Shown in pieces: positions 15,294 to 26,723 of a DNA stretch of 32,000 nucleotides. Numbering within the stretch: position 1 is the stretch's first letter; each line of letters starts with the position of its first letter. The position numbers and the translations under genes are program-made. The stretch spans positions 180,001-212,000 of the forward strand of contig NZ_NVQC01000017.1 of the NCBI RefSeq assembly GCF_003044035.1, given 5' to 3'. The DNA comes from Candidatus Methylomirabilis limnetica (GTDB taxonomy: Bacteria > Methylomirabilota > Methylomirabilia > Methylomirabilales > Methylomirabilaceae). The notes beneath the pieces were generated by a model that was not told the origin of the DNA, searched no databases, and worked only from the letters and a program-made list of their open reading frames with translations.

Positions 15294-16442
15294 ATGAACA
15301 ACTCGCGACAATCGTTTACCTACTACCGGTTGGGTCAATACCAGGGATTGAAGGTTCTCTTACTGCTGTTCGTCACGATGCTGATTGGGTGTACATCCGC
15401 CATAGCTCAACAGACCCGCACCTATCGCATCGCGGCTATCGAGGTGGACTGGGATTACGCGCCGACCGGCATCAACCAGATCAGCGGGAACGCGTTTGGA
15501 GAGAGCGAAAATGTCTTTGTTCAGAGCGGCAAACAGCGGATCGGCAAAGTGTACCGCAAGGCGGTCTACCGCGAGTACACCGATGCCGCCTTTACCGCCG
15601 CAAAAGCTGTCGCGCCGCAATGGGAGCATTTGGGTGCTCTGGGCCCCGTCATCCGCGGGGAGGTTGGTGATACCATCCAGGTTGTCTTCAAGAACATGAC
15701 CAGCTTTCCCACTAGCATCCACCCGCATGGCGTCTCATATCTCAAGAACTCCGAGGGGGCTCCGTACAACGATGGGACCTCTGGGGCCGACATGGCTGAC
15801 GATGCTGTCCCCTCTGGCGGGACCCACACCTATATCTGGCAGGTTCCAGAACGGGCAGGCCCGGGCCCGATGGACGGAAGCTCCGTCCTCTGGATGTATC
15901 ACGCCCACACCGATGAGCCGGCGGACACGAATACCGGCCTGGTCGGGCCGCTCATCGTCACACGCAAGGGAAACGCAAACCCTGACGGTTCCCCCAAAGA
16001 CATCGACCGGGAGTTTGTCACGCTGTTCACCGTCTTTAATGAGAACGCCAGCCACTATCTGGAGCACAATGTCAACCACTTTACCGGCAAGCCTAAGAAA
16101 ACGATGAAGAACCTGGATGATCCCGAGTTTCAGGAGAGTAACCTGATGCACTCCGTCAACGGCTACGTCTATGGCAACTTGCCTGGATTAACCATGCAGC
16201 AGGGCGAACGCGTGCGCTGGTACGTGCTGAGTATTGGAACTGAGGTCGATCTGCACACGCCGCACTGGCATGGCCAGACCGTCCTCTGGATGGGGAGTCG
16301 CATGGACATGGTGGAGCTCCTCCCGGGGAGTATGAAGACGATCGACATGGCACCGGACAACCCGGGAACATGGTTGTATCACTGCCACGTGAACGATCAC
16401 ATCACCGCTGGGATGATGGCGCTCTTTACGGTCACTGAGTAG
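15294..16442 (+). CDS. Two-domain multicopper oxidase, ceruloplasmin/hephaestin-like, predicted lipoprotein
   Basis: The start was moved to ATG 15294, with an AGGAGG 6 nt upstream. Lipobox LLFVTMLIGC. The ceruloplasmin-type opening is YRIAAIEVDWDYAP. All four MCO copper motifs are present: IHPHGV, MYHAHT, HTPHWHG and HCHVNDHITAGM. LVGPLIV is also present. Confidence 0.82.
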   Translation: MNNSRQSFTYYRLGQYQGLKVLLLLFVTMLIGCTSAIAQQTRTYRIAAIEVDWDYAPTGINQISGNAFGESENVFVQSGKQRIGKVYRKAVYREYTDAAFTAAKAVAPQWEHLGALGPVIRGEVGDTIQVVFKNMTSFPTSIHPHGVSYLKNSEGAPYNDGTSGADMADDAVPSGGTHTYIWQVPERAGPGPMDGSSVLWMYHAHTDEPADTNTGLVGPLIVTRKGNANPDGSPKDIDREFVTLFTVFNENASHYLEHNVNHFTGKPKKTMKNLDDPEFQESNLMHSVNGYVYGNLPGLTMQQGERVRWYVLSIGTEVDLHTPHWHGQTVLWMGSRMDMVELLPGSMKTIDMAPDNPGTWLYHCHVNDHITAGMMALFTVTE

Positions 16443-16597
16443 CCAGAACGCTTTGGAATGACAGGGATAAAGGTTTATGAAAATGTCAGGAGAAAGACAA
16501 ATTGTCCAGGTCAAGGCCTCATGGGCGGAGTTTTGCAAAACACACCTCACACGCCTGGTCGAAGAATAGATTATAACGTTCCCCAAAAACTAGTGTA

Positions 16598-17434
16598 ATG
16601 GAGATACCGATGGCCGCGAAACGATCGACGCAATCAACGGATTTGCCGGGCAGCGAGTTGGATCCGGCGAAAATGCCGGGTCACTGGCTCCTTGCCCGAC
16701 TTGGCAAGCGCGTCTTGCGCCCCGGAGGTCTCGGTCTAACGCGAGCGCTGCTCGATAGCTTGGCGATCGGACCGGACGACGACGTAGTCGAGTTCGCACC
16801 CGGCCTGGGCGTGACGGCGCGTATGATCCTGGAGCGGAAGCCTCGGCGCTATGTGGGCGTCGAGCGGGACGCAAAGGCAATGCAGTGGACGGCCCGACAA
16901 CTCCCCCGCAGCCCGAATGTATCAGTTATCGTCGGCGCCGCAGATCAAACGAATCAACCTGACGGCTCGGCATCGGTCGTCATCGGCGAGGCCATGTTGA
17001 GCATGCACACCCAGGAGCGAAAGCGCCTGATCGCGGCGGAAGCGTTCCGGCTCCTGCGTCCTGGGGGCCGCTACGGCATTCATGAGCTCGCTGTTGTTCC
17101 CGACGATATGCCGGCCGACCAAAAGCAGGAGATCGACGGTATGTTGTCGTCGGTGATCCATGTTGGCACCCGCTCCTTGCCAGAACACGAGTGGAGGGCC
17201 CTGTTGGAGGGAGTCGGATTCCGCGTCGTAGCGTCCGGATACGCGCCGATGCACCTGCTGAGGCCGCGGCGCCTAGTCCAGGATGAGGGGGTATTCGGAG
17301 CGCTGAGGCTCGCGAAGAACCTCCTACTCGATGGCGCGGCGCGGCGACGGGTAGTCGCGATGCGACGGGTGTTCGAGCATTATCGTAACAACCTGAGCGC
17401 GATCTTCCTCATCGCGCAGAAGGGTCTGGATTGA
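16598..17434 (+). CDS. Class I SAM-dependent methyltransferase
   Basis: Motif I VVEFAPGLGVTA and post-I/II LRPGGRYGIHEL. 278 aa. Convergent with the gvp cluster. Confidence 0.75.
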   Translation: MEIPMAAKRSTQSTDLPGSELDPAKMPGHWLLARLGKRVLRPGGLGLTRALLDSLAIGPDDDVVEFAPGLGVTARMILERKPRRYVGVERDAKAMQWTARQLPRSPNVSVIVGAADQTNQPDGSASVVIGEAMLSMHTQERKRLIAAEAFRLLRPGGRYGIHELAVVPDDMPADQKQEIDGMLSSVIHVGTRSLPEHEWRALLEGVGFRVVASGYAPMHLLRPRRLVQDEGVFGALRLAKNLLLDGAARRRVVAMRRVFEHYRNNLSAIFLIAQKGLD

Positions 17435-17692
17435 ACCGGCCTAGTAGCTCTGTTGTGCGCATGGGTGGTTGGGGTATGGCGCGTTGATACTCCGCCCGCT
17501 GTATGAGATGTGGGGAAAAGGCTGGGAGCACCGATCTCCTCGGTCCTCACGAGCCCTATGCCCATGAGATCCCGACCCCACTAGTCATTCGGGAGGATGT
17601 AAAGTTAGAGTACGGTGAGCGCCGTCCCACCGTTGGATGGGCTACGCTATCGAGATGTCAGGAGAGAGCTATCCGTTGACGGGTTGGCGTGA

Positions 17693-18037
17693 TCACATCA
17701 GGTCCCCGAGCGGCCCGAGCGACAGGTTGAGGTCGTCCTCGGCGAGGCCGAAGTGTGCCCGGAGTTCCACCATCTTCTCCTCCAGCCGGATGAAGGTCAC
17801 CCCCATCCGCTCGATCTCCTCGGAGGTGAGGGAGCCCCCCTCCATCCTTCGAAGGGCCTGACGCTCGAGAAGCTTTCTGAGGAGTTCGATGAGGGTGAGC
17901 ACGAGCTTGGCCAGCCCCTGCTCGACCTTCTCAGGGTCGGCGTTGATCCGTCTCGGCAGGGCCTGGGTGAGCTGCTCCAGCTCCCCCTCAAACTCCGCCA
18001 GAGAGCTCTCAGGCGCCGAGAGTGTCTTTGGTTTCAT
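17693..18037 (-). CDS. gvpK: Gas vesicle protein GvpK
   Basis: RINADPEKVEQGLAKLVLTLIELLRKLLERQALRRMEGGSLTSEEIERMG is the canonical GvpK core. The start was moved to ATG 18037 (MKPKTLSAPE), which gives a 29-nt overlap with the upstream gene. Confidence 0.88.
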   Translation of the reverse strand: MKPKTLSAPESSLAEFEGELEQLTQALPRRINADPEKVEQGLAKLVLTLIELLRKLLERQALRRMEGGSLTSEEIERMGVTFIRLEEKMVELRAHFGLAEDDLNLSLGPLGDLM

Positions 18038-18737
18038 CGTGGGCTCCGTTGACGAAGTGGTAGGGAGGCCAGGGGCCGGTGAGGAGGAAGCTAAGGCGGG
18101 GAAACTCTTCCCGGATCTTTGCCACGCCTTCACGGAAGGCGTCCACTCGATCCCGCTCCACCAGATAGGCCCCGGTGAGAAGCAGCCGCTCTGTGGGGAA
18201 CCGCTGGAGCCGGCTTTCCCCAGCCAGGGAGGGGAAAGAGGCCTGGAGCTCCTGAATCAACCGCTCCCCCGCCGCTCGAAACCTAGCCCGATGCCGCTCC
18301 TCCGTAAGCCTCCTGTGGAGGTATTCCGTTCCAGGGCCTTCATCGCTAGTCTTTTGATCCACCGCCGTGGCGGAGTCACCAGGCGGTTCCCAGAGCACCC
18401 TGAGCCCCAGCTCCACCTTTCCTGTCACCCGCTCCAGCGCAGAGCGGAATGGCCGAGCGCGTTCGTTGAGGAGCGCGATCGCAGCATCCTCAGTTCTGAA
18501 GAGCGTGTTGAAGCGGGCGGGAAGGACAGGGCGGGAGATCATCACCTCCTCTAGCACCGTCTCGTGGAGGGTCAGGTGGTCTTCGTCGACGGGCCATAGG
18601 GTGAGCGGCGACCGGCTGACCACAGCGGCTAGGTCCCCCTGCGGAACAAGGAAGACGGGACGCCTCCCGAGCCCAACGATCTGCTGTAACAGCGGCGGGG
18701 GGAAGGCGACGATCCCGTAAAGGTAGATCCCCTCCAT
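18009..18737 (-). CDS. GvpL/GvpF-family gas vesicle protein (paralog 5)
   Basis: The N-terminus MEGIYLYGIV...VFLVPQGDLAAVVS...LHETVLEEVM...VLPARFNTLF and the C-terminal LTGPWPPYHFV are hallmarks of the GvpL/F family. Confidence 0.85.
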   Translation of the reverse strand: MEGIYLYGIVAFPPPLLQQIVGLGRRPVFLVPQGDLAAVVSRSPLTLWPVDEDHLTLHETVLEEVMISRPVLPARFNTLFRTEDAAIALLNERARPFRSALERVTGKVELGLRVLWEPPGDSATAVDQKTSDEGPGTEYLHRRLTEERHRARFRAAGERLIQELQASFPSLAGESRLQRFPTERLLLTGAYLVERDRVDAFREGVAKIREEFPRLSFLLTGPWPPYHFVNGAHDETKDTLGA

Positions 18738-18740
18738 GGC

Positions 18741-18950
18741 TCACTCCTCGACGCTCTTAACACCCCATTCCCTAGCCGTTTCCACAGAGCAGAGGAGGAG
18801 CCGGAGACCAACATAGATGAGGTCCACATCGGCTACGGATAGGGTCACATCCCCCGCTACCACGACGCCCTTGTTGAGGAGGCGGTCCAGCGTCTCGAGG
18901 AGCGTGACCTGCCGTTCCAGGCTGGAAGCAGGCCGGCCGTTATCCTTCAT
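18741..18950 (-). CDS. GvpA/GvpJ-family small gas vesicle protein (GvpJ/M/S-like)
   Basis: TLLETLDRLLNKGVVVAGDVTLSVADVDLIYVGLRLLLCSVETA is a GvpA-fold core. The start was moved to ATG 18950 (MKDNGRP...). Confidence 0.82.
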   Translation of the reverse strand: MKDNGRPASSLERQVTLLETLDRLLNKGVVVAGDVTLSVADVDLIYVGLRLLLCSVETAREWGVKSVEE

Positions 18951-19743
18951 CGTCAAGCCTCGGGACAAAGTGGTATGGTGGCCAGGGGCCCGAGACAACG
19001 AGCCTGAAGGCTTCTTCGGCATGGCTCTGGTTCCACTGCTCCACCCCGGAGAGGAGGTCCTCCACTCCCTCCCGCCTCACGAGACAGGCCAGATTAAGCA
19101 CGATCCTCTCCCCCTCTCTGGCCTCGGGGAGGATGGAAGGATACTCCACCAGCTCCACCACTTTCCCCCGGAGGGCCTCCAGCGCCTGACTGGCAAGCGC
19201 ATCTTCACGCTCCTGGGATTTCGTCGAGGCGCTCTCCTCGATTTTTCTCTTGAGGAAGAATGCCAGCCCGGGCGGTTTAGTGCTTGCCTCGCGGGCCAAG
19301 GCAAGGAGCGCCGCATCGTTCTTGAGCACGGCGGCTCGAAGGGCCGTCCGGTCCGCGAACCCCTTCACGCCCCACTCGACCTTATCTCTCAGGAACTCCA
19401 GGGCCTCTTGGATGCGCCGAGTATTCCTCCGAATGACCGACCGGATCGTCCCCGCGTCAAGGAAGATAGTGCCAAACCTCATCGGGAGAAGCGGACCCGT
19501 GGCCAGAGCCGACTCCACGATCGACTCGTGAAGGCGCACTTTCTCCTCCAGCCAAGAGGGGTCCTCCAGGTTGCGGCGGAGAGCCTCCTCCCCGAACTCG
19601 GTCAGGGGGACCGGGCTGGACAGTGCCACGATCCCGTTCTCGGCGATGAGGCTCAAAGGAGAGTGCCCGTCGATTCCCATCATTGGCGGCAGGTCTCCGT
19701 GGGGGGAAAAAGCATAGAGGTACCAGCCAATCTCGGAAGGCAT
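18940..19743 (-). CDS. GvpL/GvpF-family gas vesicle protein (paralog 4)
   Basis: WYLYAF...IVALSSPV...LHESIVESA...LLPMRFGTIF...SGPWPPYHFV. ATG 19743 forms an ATGA overlap with the upstream stop. Confidence 0.85.
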   Translation of the reverse strand: MPSEIGWYLYAFSPHGDLPPMMGIDGHSPLSLIAENGIVALSSPVPLTEFGEEALRRNLEDPSWLEEKVRLHESIVESALATGPLLPMRFGTIFLDAGTIRSVIRRNTRRIQEALEFLRDKVEWGVKGFADRTALRAAVLKNDAALLALAREASTKPPGLAFFLKRKIEESASTKSQEREDALASQALEALRGKVVELVEYPSILPEAREGERIVLNLACLVRREGVEDLLSGVEQWNQSHAEEAFRLVVSGPWPPYHFVPRLDDEG

Positions 19744-20357
19744 CAGCGCTCCTTTGCGTCCCACAGTGGGAGCCGATCGATGAGAAACTCCACCTGGATT
19801 CCCTCTGGCAGGAGCCGATCCACTTCGTGCATCATCCCCAGGAAGAGGAGAGCCACTTCACCCTCCTCCAGGGTCTCGGCAATCCGCTGGGCGATGAAGG
19901 TGTCCCGCGCCTTCAGGATCTCCGCGCTCTCAGCAGCGTAGCTCCGCTTGGCCTCTTCCCGCTCGGCGTCTGTCTGGGCCTCGGTGATCTGCTTAACGTG
20001 GGCGTACTCTCGAAGTAAGAGCTCTGGTGACTCGGTCCCAATCAGCTTCGCCCCCTTGTCAACCAGCTCAAGGACGATCTGGTAGTTCTTACTCCCCTGG
20101 GCTGCCACACCCCGCGCAATCTCCAGCTCTTTCCCCGAGACGGGCAGGCCGTCCTGATAGATCCTGACCCGCTCCCACGGGAGATTCCTGATCAGGAGCT
20201 TCGCCCTGATCCCCTCCCAGACATCATCAATGACCCGTCGGCTCCGCTCCCAGCTTTCGACCCCGAATCGTCTGATGGACTCCTGCCGGAGCGCCTCCGA
20301 CTTGGACCCCATATCCGCCATGGTGTGAATGATGGGGACGTAGATGAGCCGCCTCAT
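19743..20357 (-). CDS. Hypothetical protein embedded in the gvp cluster (204 aa from ATG 20357); no family recognised
   Basis: MRRLIYVPIIHTMADMGS...RIYQDGLPVSGKELEIARGVAAQGSKNYQIVLELVDKGAKLIGTES...ALLFLGMMHEV. There is no TM segment. It is tightly packed: 4 nt after the receiver gene stop, and its own stop overlaps the next ATG. Confidence 0.6.
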   Translation of the reverse strand: MRRLIYVPIIHTMADMGSKSEALRQESIRRFGVESWERSRRVIDDVWEGIRAKLLIRNLPWERVRIYQDGLPVSGKELEIARGVAAQGSKNYQIVLELVDKGAKLIGTESPELLLREYAHVKQITEAQTDAEREEAKRSYAAESAEILKARDTFIAQRIAETLEEGEVALLFLGMMHEVDRLLPEGIQVEFLIDRLPLWDAKER

Positions 20358-20361
20358 CGCG

Positions 20362-23829
<3,468 letters not shown>

Positions 23830-23833
<4 letters not shown>

Positions 23834-24345
23834 GCGCTCTTGCCGGCCTTAGCGACAGTGACCTCCAGGATGCCGTTCCGGTAGGAGGTCTTCAGCGATT
23901 CCTGCTTTCCCTTGGCAGGGAGGAGAATCTCTTTGCTGTACTTCCGGTCCTTGCCCTCGGCGGAGATGGTGAGAATGTCATCTTTCAGCTCTACCCGGAC
24001 GTCACCGGTATCCACTCCGGGCATCTCGGCAATCACTCGGATGGCCTCGTTCTCATCGAAGACGTCTACCAGCGGCTCCCGCACCTCCTCGACCACGGCC
24101 CCCGCTTCGCCCTTCTTGATGTTGCCGAAGGTCTCGACGGTGGGTTCGCCCCCCAGGCCGACCTTGACGTTGAAGCCGTACACTCCTCTCAGATCTTTAA
24201 GCCGCCCTTTCCCCCTGAGCTCCCCCGTGCGAGTCGTCTCGGTCTTCCCCTCCGCCTCCATCTCCTTGAGGAGCTCGATGAGGTCGCCAATTCCCTTGAA
24301 GAGGTCGCCGAGGCCGAATCCCGCTCCACCTTTTCGCTCTGTCAT
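23830..24345 (-). CDS. Hsp20/alpha-crystallin family protein (GvpH-like)
   Basis: Alpha-crystallin domain: VDVFDENEAIRVIAEMPGVDTGDVRVELKDDILTISAEG...SKEILLP...SYRNGILEVTV. The start was moved to ATG 24345, with a GGGAGGAAG RBS. Confidence 0.82.
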
Positions 24346-24361
24346 ATCTTCCTCCCATGCC

Positions 24362-24655
24362 TTACCCGCCGAGGCGGGCCTCAAGTCGGTCAAGCCGCTC
24401 CTTGAGTTGATGGTTCTCCTCTTCCAGGACCCTGGCCTTCGAGGAGAGGGCGGGGTCGCTCTGCCACCAGTCGATTCCCATCTCCTTGGCCTTCTCCACC
24501 GAGGCGACCAGGAGCCGGATCTTGATGGTCAACAACTCGACGTCGGCGAGGCAGATCTTGATGTCGCCGGCGATGACGATCCCCTTGTCGAGGACCCGTT
24601 CCAGGATGTCAGCCAGGCTGGTGGTCTGGATGCTGTGGGGGATGTTCTGTGGCAT
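24362..24655 (-). CDS. gvpJ: Gas vesicle protein GvpJ
   Basis: SLADILERVLDKGIVIAGDIKICLADVELLTIKIRLLVASVEKAKEMGIDWW is the canonical GvpJ core, followed by a C-terminal coiled tail. Confidence 0.88.
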   Translation of the reverse strand: MPQNIPHSIQTTSLADILERVLDKGIVIAGDIKICLADVELLTIKIRLLVASVEKAKEMGIDWWQSDPALSSKARVLEEENHQLKERLDRLEARLGG

Positions 24656-24664
24656 GTCGTCCCC

Positions 24665-24859
24665 CTACCGTCCCACTCTGGCCGGCTCGACCCTCGCCCC
24701 GCAGGACGGACAGAACTTGTAGTCATCCTTGTAGATGTACCGCCACGTTCCCCCGCACTCGGGGCATCGCCGTGTTAACGGCTCCCCGCACTTCGTGCAA
24801 TGCTTGAGCGCCCCCCACGTCGTCTCCCCACACCCCGGACACTTGAATGACCCTACCAT
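24665..24859 (-). CDS. Double zinc-ribbon protein (four CxxC pairs), 64 aa
   Basis: MVGSFKCPGCG...HCTKCG...RCPECGG...FCPSCGA. ATG 24859 lies 4 nt after the gvpG stop. The longer track N-terminus overlaps gvpG. Confidence 0.6.
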   Translation of the reverse strand: MVGSFKCPGCGETTWGALKHCTKCGEPLTRRCPECGGTWRYIYKDDYKFCPSCGARVEPARVGR

Positions 24860-24863
24860 AGCG

Positions 24864-25196
24864 TTACACCTCCCCTTCATGCGGGGGCCCACCGCTGCCA
24901 GTCACGGCATCGCCCCCACCGGTCTCCGCAGGGCCTGGCACCGCCTCACCTCCCGCCAACTCCACCTCTTCGTCGGCCTGCCGGACGGCATTGAGCCTCG
25001 CCTCCCATTCCGCTGCTTGCACAGTGTACTCCGCCTCGCCGATCTCGTCCATCTCGTAGAGGAGTTGGAGTTCCAGGAGCTTTTCCTGGATGTACCCCTC
25101 ATCGTTCTGCTCCCGGTCGGCCATCTCGTGGATCTTCTCGAAGACGCCGATGAGGCCCTTGAAGGGGAGCGCGATGAGATCGTCAATGAGGAGCAT
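24864..25196 (-). CDS. gvpG: Gas vesicle protein GvpG
   Basis: MLLIDDLIALPFKGLIGVFEKIHEMA...LLELQLLYEMDEIGEAEY is the canonical GvpG N-terminus. An AGGAGAGG RBS is present. Confidence 0.85.
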   Translation of the reverse strand: MLLIDDLIALPFKGLIGVFEKIHEMADREQNDEGYIQEKLLELQLLYEMDEIGEAEYTVQAAEWEARLNAVRQADEEVELAGGEAVPGPAETGGGDAVTGSGGPPHEGEV

Positions 25197-25207
25197 GAAT
25201 TCCTCTC

Positions 25208-25951
25208 CTAGACCTGAATGACCAGGTTCACGAAGTTGAAGGGGGGGAACCCCCCCACATACTTGAACCTGACCATCTCCCGATACCGCTCAGCCAGCTC
25301 GTCCATTCTCCGATCAAAGGCCGCCTCCTGGTCCCGGTCTATCAGGAAGGCCGCATTCATGATCATCCGCTCCCCCAGGAGCCGATTGGTCAGGCGGAAG
25401 TCGTGACAGGCCCCCTTCAGCGCCTCCACGATCTCCTCCCGGACTCTATCCTTCTCGACCTTAAGGGCCGCCTCCACCATCCTCCCAACCTCGACAAGCT
25501 GCCAGTGGGCCTGCTGGGGAGGCAGTTTGGCGATGGCCTCTTTCCGCCTCCGGATCTCCCCGTATCGCTCGAGAATCTCTTGGTATATGAGCGTTTCGTT
25601 GAAGATCGCCTTCACCCCCACCTCCACCTTTCCGCGCATCCGCTCCAGGAGGCCCCTGAACTCGACATACTCCCGCTCCAGGATGGCCCGCACCCTCGCT
25701 TCGTTCTCGGCAATAGTGCAGAATCGGGCGGGCAGGACAGTATGGCATTTGAAGACGGCCTCAATGGCCCGCTCGTGAACCAGCGAGTTCTCCCGAGAGA
25801 CGGGATAGCGCATGACGGGGGAGTCGCTCACGATGGCTGCAATGTCGCGATACGCGATGGCGGTCAACTCATCATCCCGGCCGCCGATTCCTAAAAGGCC
25901 GAAGCTCTCCTCTCGAGCCTCATCCGTGACGCAATAGATGTACTTTCCCAT
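25208..25951 (-). CDS. GvpL/GvpF-family gas vesicle protein (paralog 3)
   Basis: MGKYIYCV...IAYRDIAAIVS...VHERAIEAVF...VLPARFCTI...YVGGFPPFNFV. The start was moved to ATG 25951. Confidence 0.85.
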   Translation of the reverse strand: MGKYIYCVTDEAREESFGLLGIGGRDDELTAIAYRDIAAIVSDSPVMRYPVSRENSLVHERAIEAVFKCHTVLPARFCTIAENEARVRAILEREYVEFRGLLERMRGKVEVGVKAIFNETLIYQEILERYGEIRRRKEAIAKLPPQQAHWQLVEVGRMVEAALKVEKDRVREEIVEALKGACHDFRLTNRLLGERMIMNAAFLIDRDQEAAFDRRMDELAERYREMVRFKYVGGFPPFNFVNLVIQV

Positions 25952-25970
25952 AGAGGAAATCCCTTCTGAG

Positions 25971-26723
25971 TCACTCGTCAGGGTGGAGGATGATGTTGAC
26001 AAAGTTGTAAGGGGGGACTGGCCCCACGTAGGCGAACTTCACGCGTTCCCGGTATCGAAGGGACAGCCGCTCCATCTGGTCGTCGAACTCCTTCTCCCTG
26101 GCCCGATCCACCAGGAATGCAGCGTTGAGGAACATCCTGTCGCCGACGGTCGCGTTGAGACGGTGCTCCGCAGCCAGACGCCTCAATACCCAGAGGATCT
26201 GCTCTCCCTCCCCCTCCTTCTTCGCCTCCAGGGCGGCCTGGACCATCTTGCCGATGGCGATCCGCTGAGGATGGGTCTGACGGGACGGCTGCCTGGCGAT
26301 CTCCGCCTTCAGATGCTTAATCGCCTCGTTCTCATCCACGATCTCCTGGAAGAGGAGATCCATCTCCCGCCAGAAGGCCTTCACCCCCAGCTCCACCTTC
26401 CCGTCCAGGTCTCGCAGGAGATGTTTCAGTTCCTGGTACCGCCGCTCCAGGAGCTGCCGGATCTCCTCAGCGTTCTGGGCGACAGTGCAGTATCTGACCG
26501 GGAGGACAGTATGCTCGTTCATGACTCGCTCCAGTACCCGCTCATGGGCCAGGAGGTTCGCCTTGCTGACCTCATACTTGCGCAAGGGTGCAGTACTCAT
26601 GACCGCGCTGAGATCCCGGTAGGCGATGGTCTCGACCTCCCGGCCGCCCAGGCCGATGGGGCCGAAGTTCCTTTCCTCGTTGGTCCCGATGATCGCATAC
26701 AGGTACTTCCCCTCCTCACGCAC
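25971..26723 (-). CDS. GvpL/GvpF-family gas vesicle protein (paralog 2)
   Basis: GKYLYAIIG...IAYRDLSAVMS...AHERVLERVM...VLPVRYCTV...YVGPVPPYNFV. GTG start at 26723 with an AGGAG RBS. It overlaps the upstream gene by 8 nt. Confidence 0.85.
   Translation of the reverse strand: MREEGKYLYAIIGTNEERNFGPIGLGGREVETIAYRDLSAVMSTAPLRKYEVSKANLLAHERVLERVMNEHTVLPVRYCTVAQNAEEIRQLLERRYQELKHLLRDLDGKVELGVKAFWREMDLLFQEIVDENEAIKHLKAEIARQPSRQTHPQRIAIGKMVQAALEAKKEGEGEQILWVLRRLAAEHRLNATVGDRMFLNAAFLVDRAREKEFDDQMERLSLRYRERVKFAYVGPVPPYNFVNIILHPDE

Noticed and set aside
16477-16569. 30-aa ORF (MKMSGERQIVQVKASWAEFCKTHLTRLVEE) in the lower-GC gap between the oxidase and methyltransferase genes
   Set aside because: It has only a weak RBS and no recognisable motif, and conservation cannot be assessed from this window. 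It is kept as a note only.
17435-17692. 258-bp convergent gap between the methyltransferase gene and gvpK, examined for tRNA, sRNA or terminator structures; ORF 17380..17565 (-) also examined
   Set aside because: No cloverleaf, no strong stem plus U-tract and no repeat match were found. The 61-aa ORF has no RBS or motif support.
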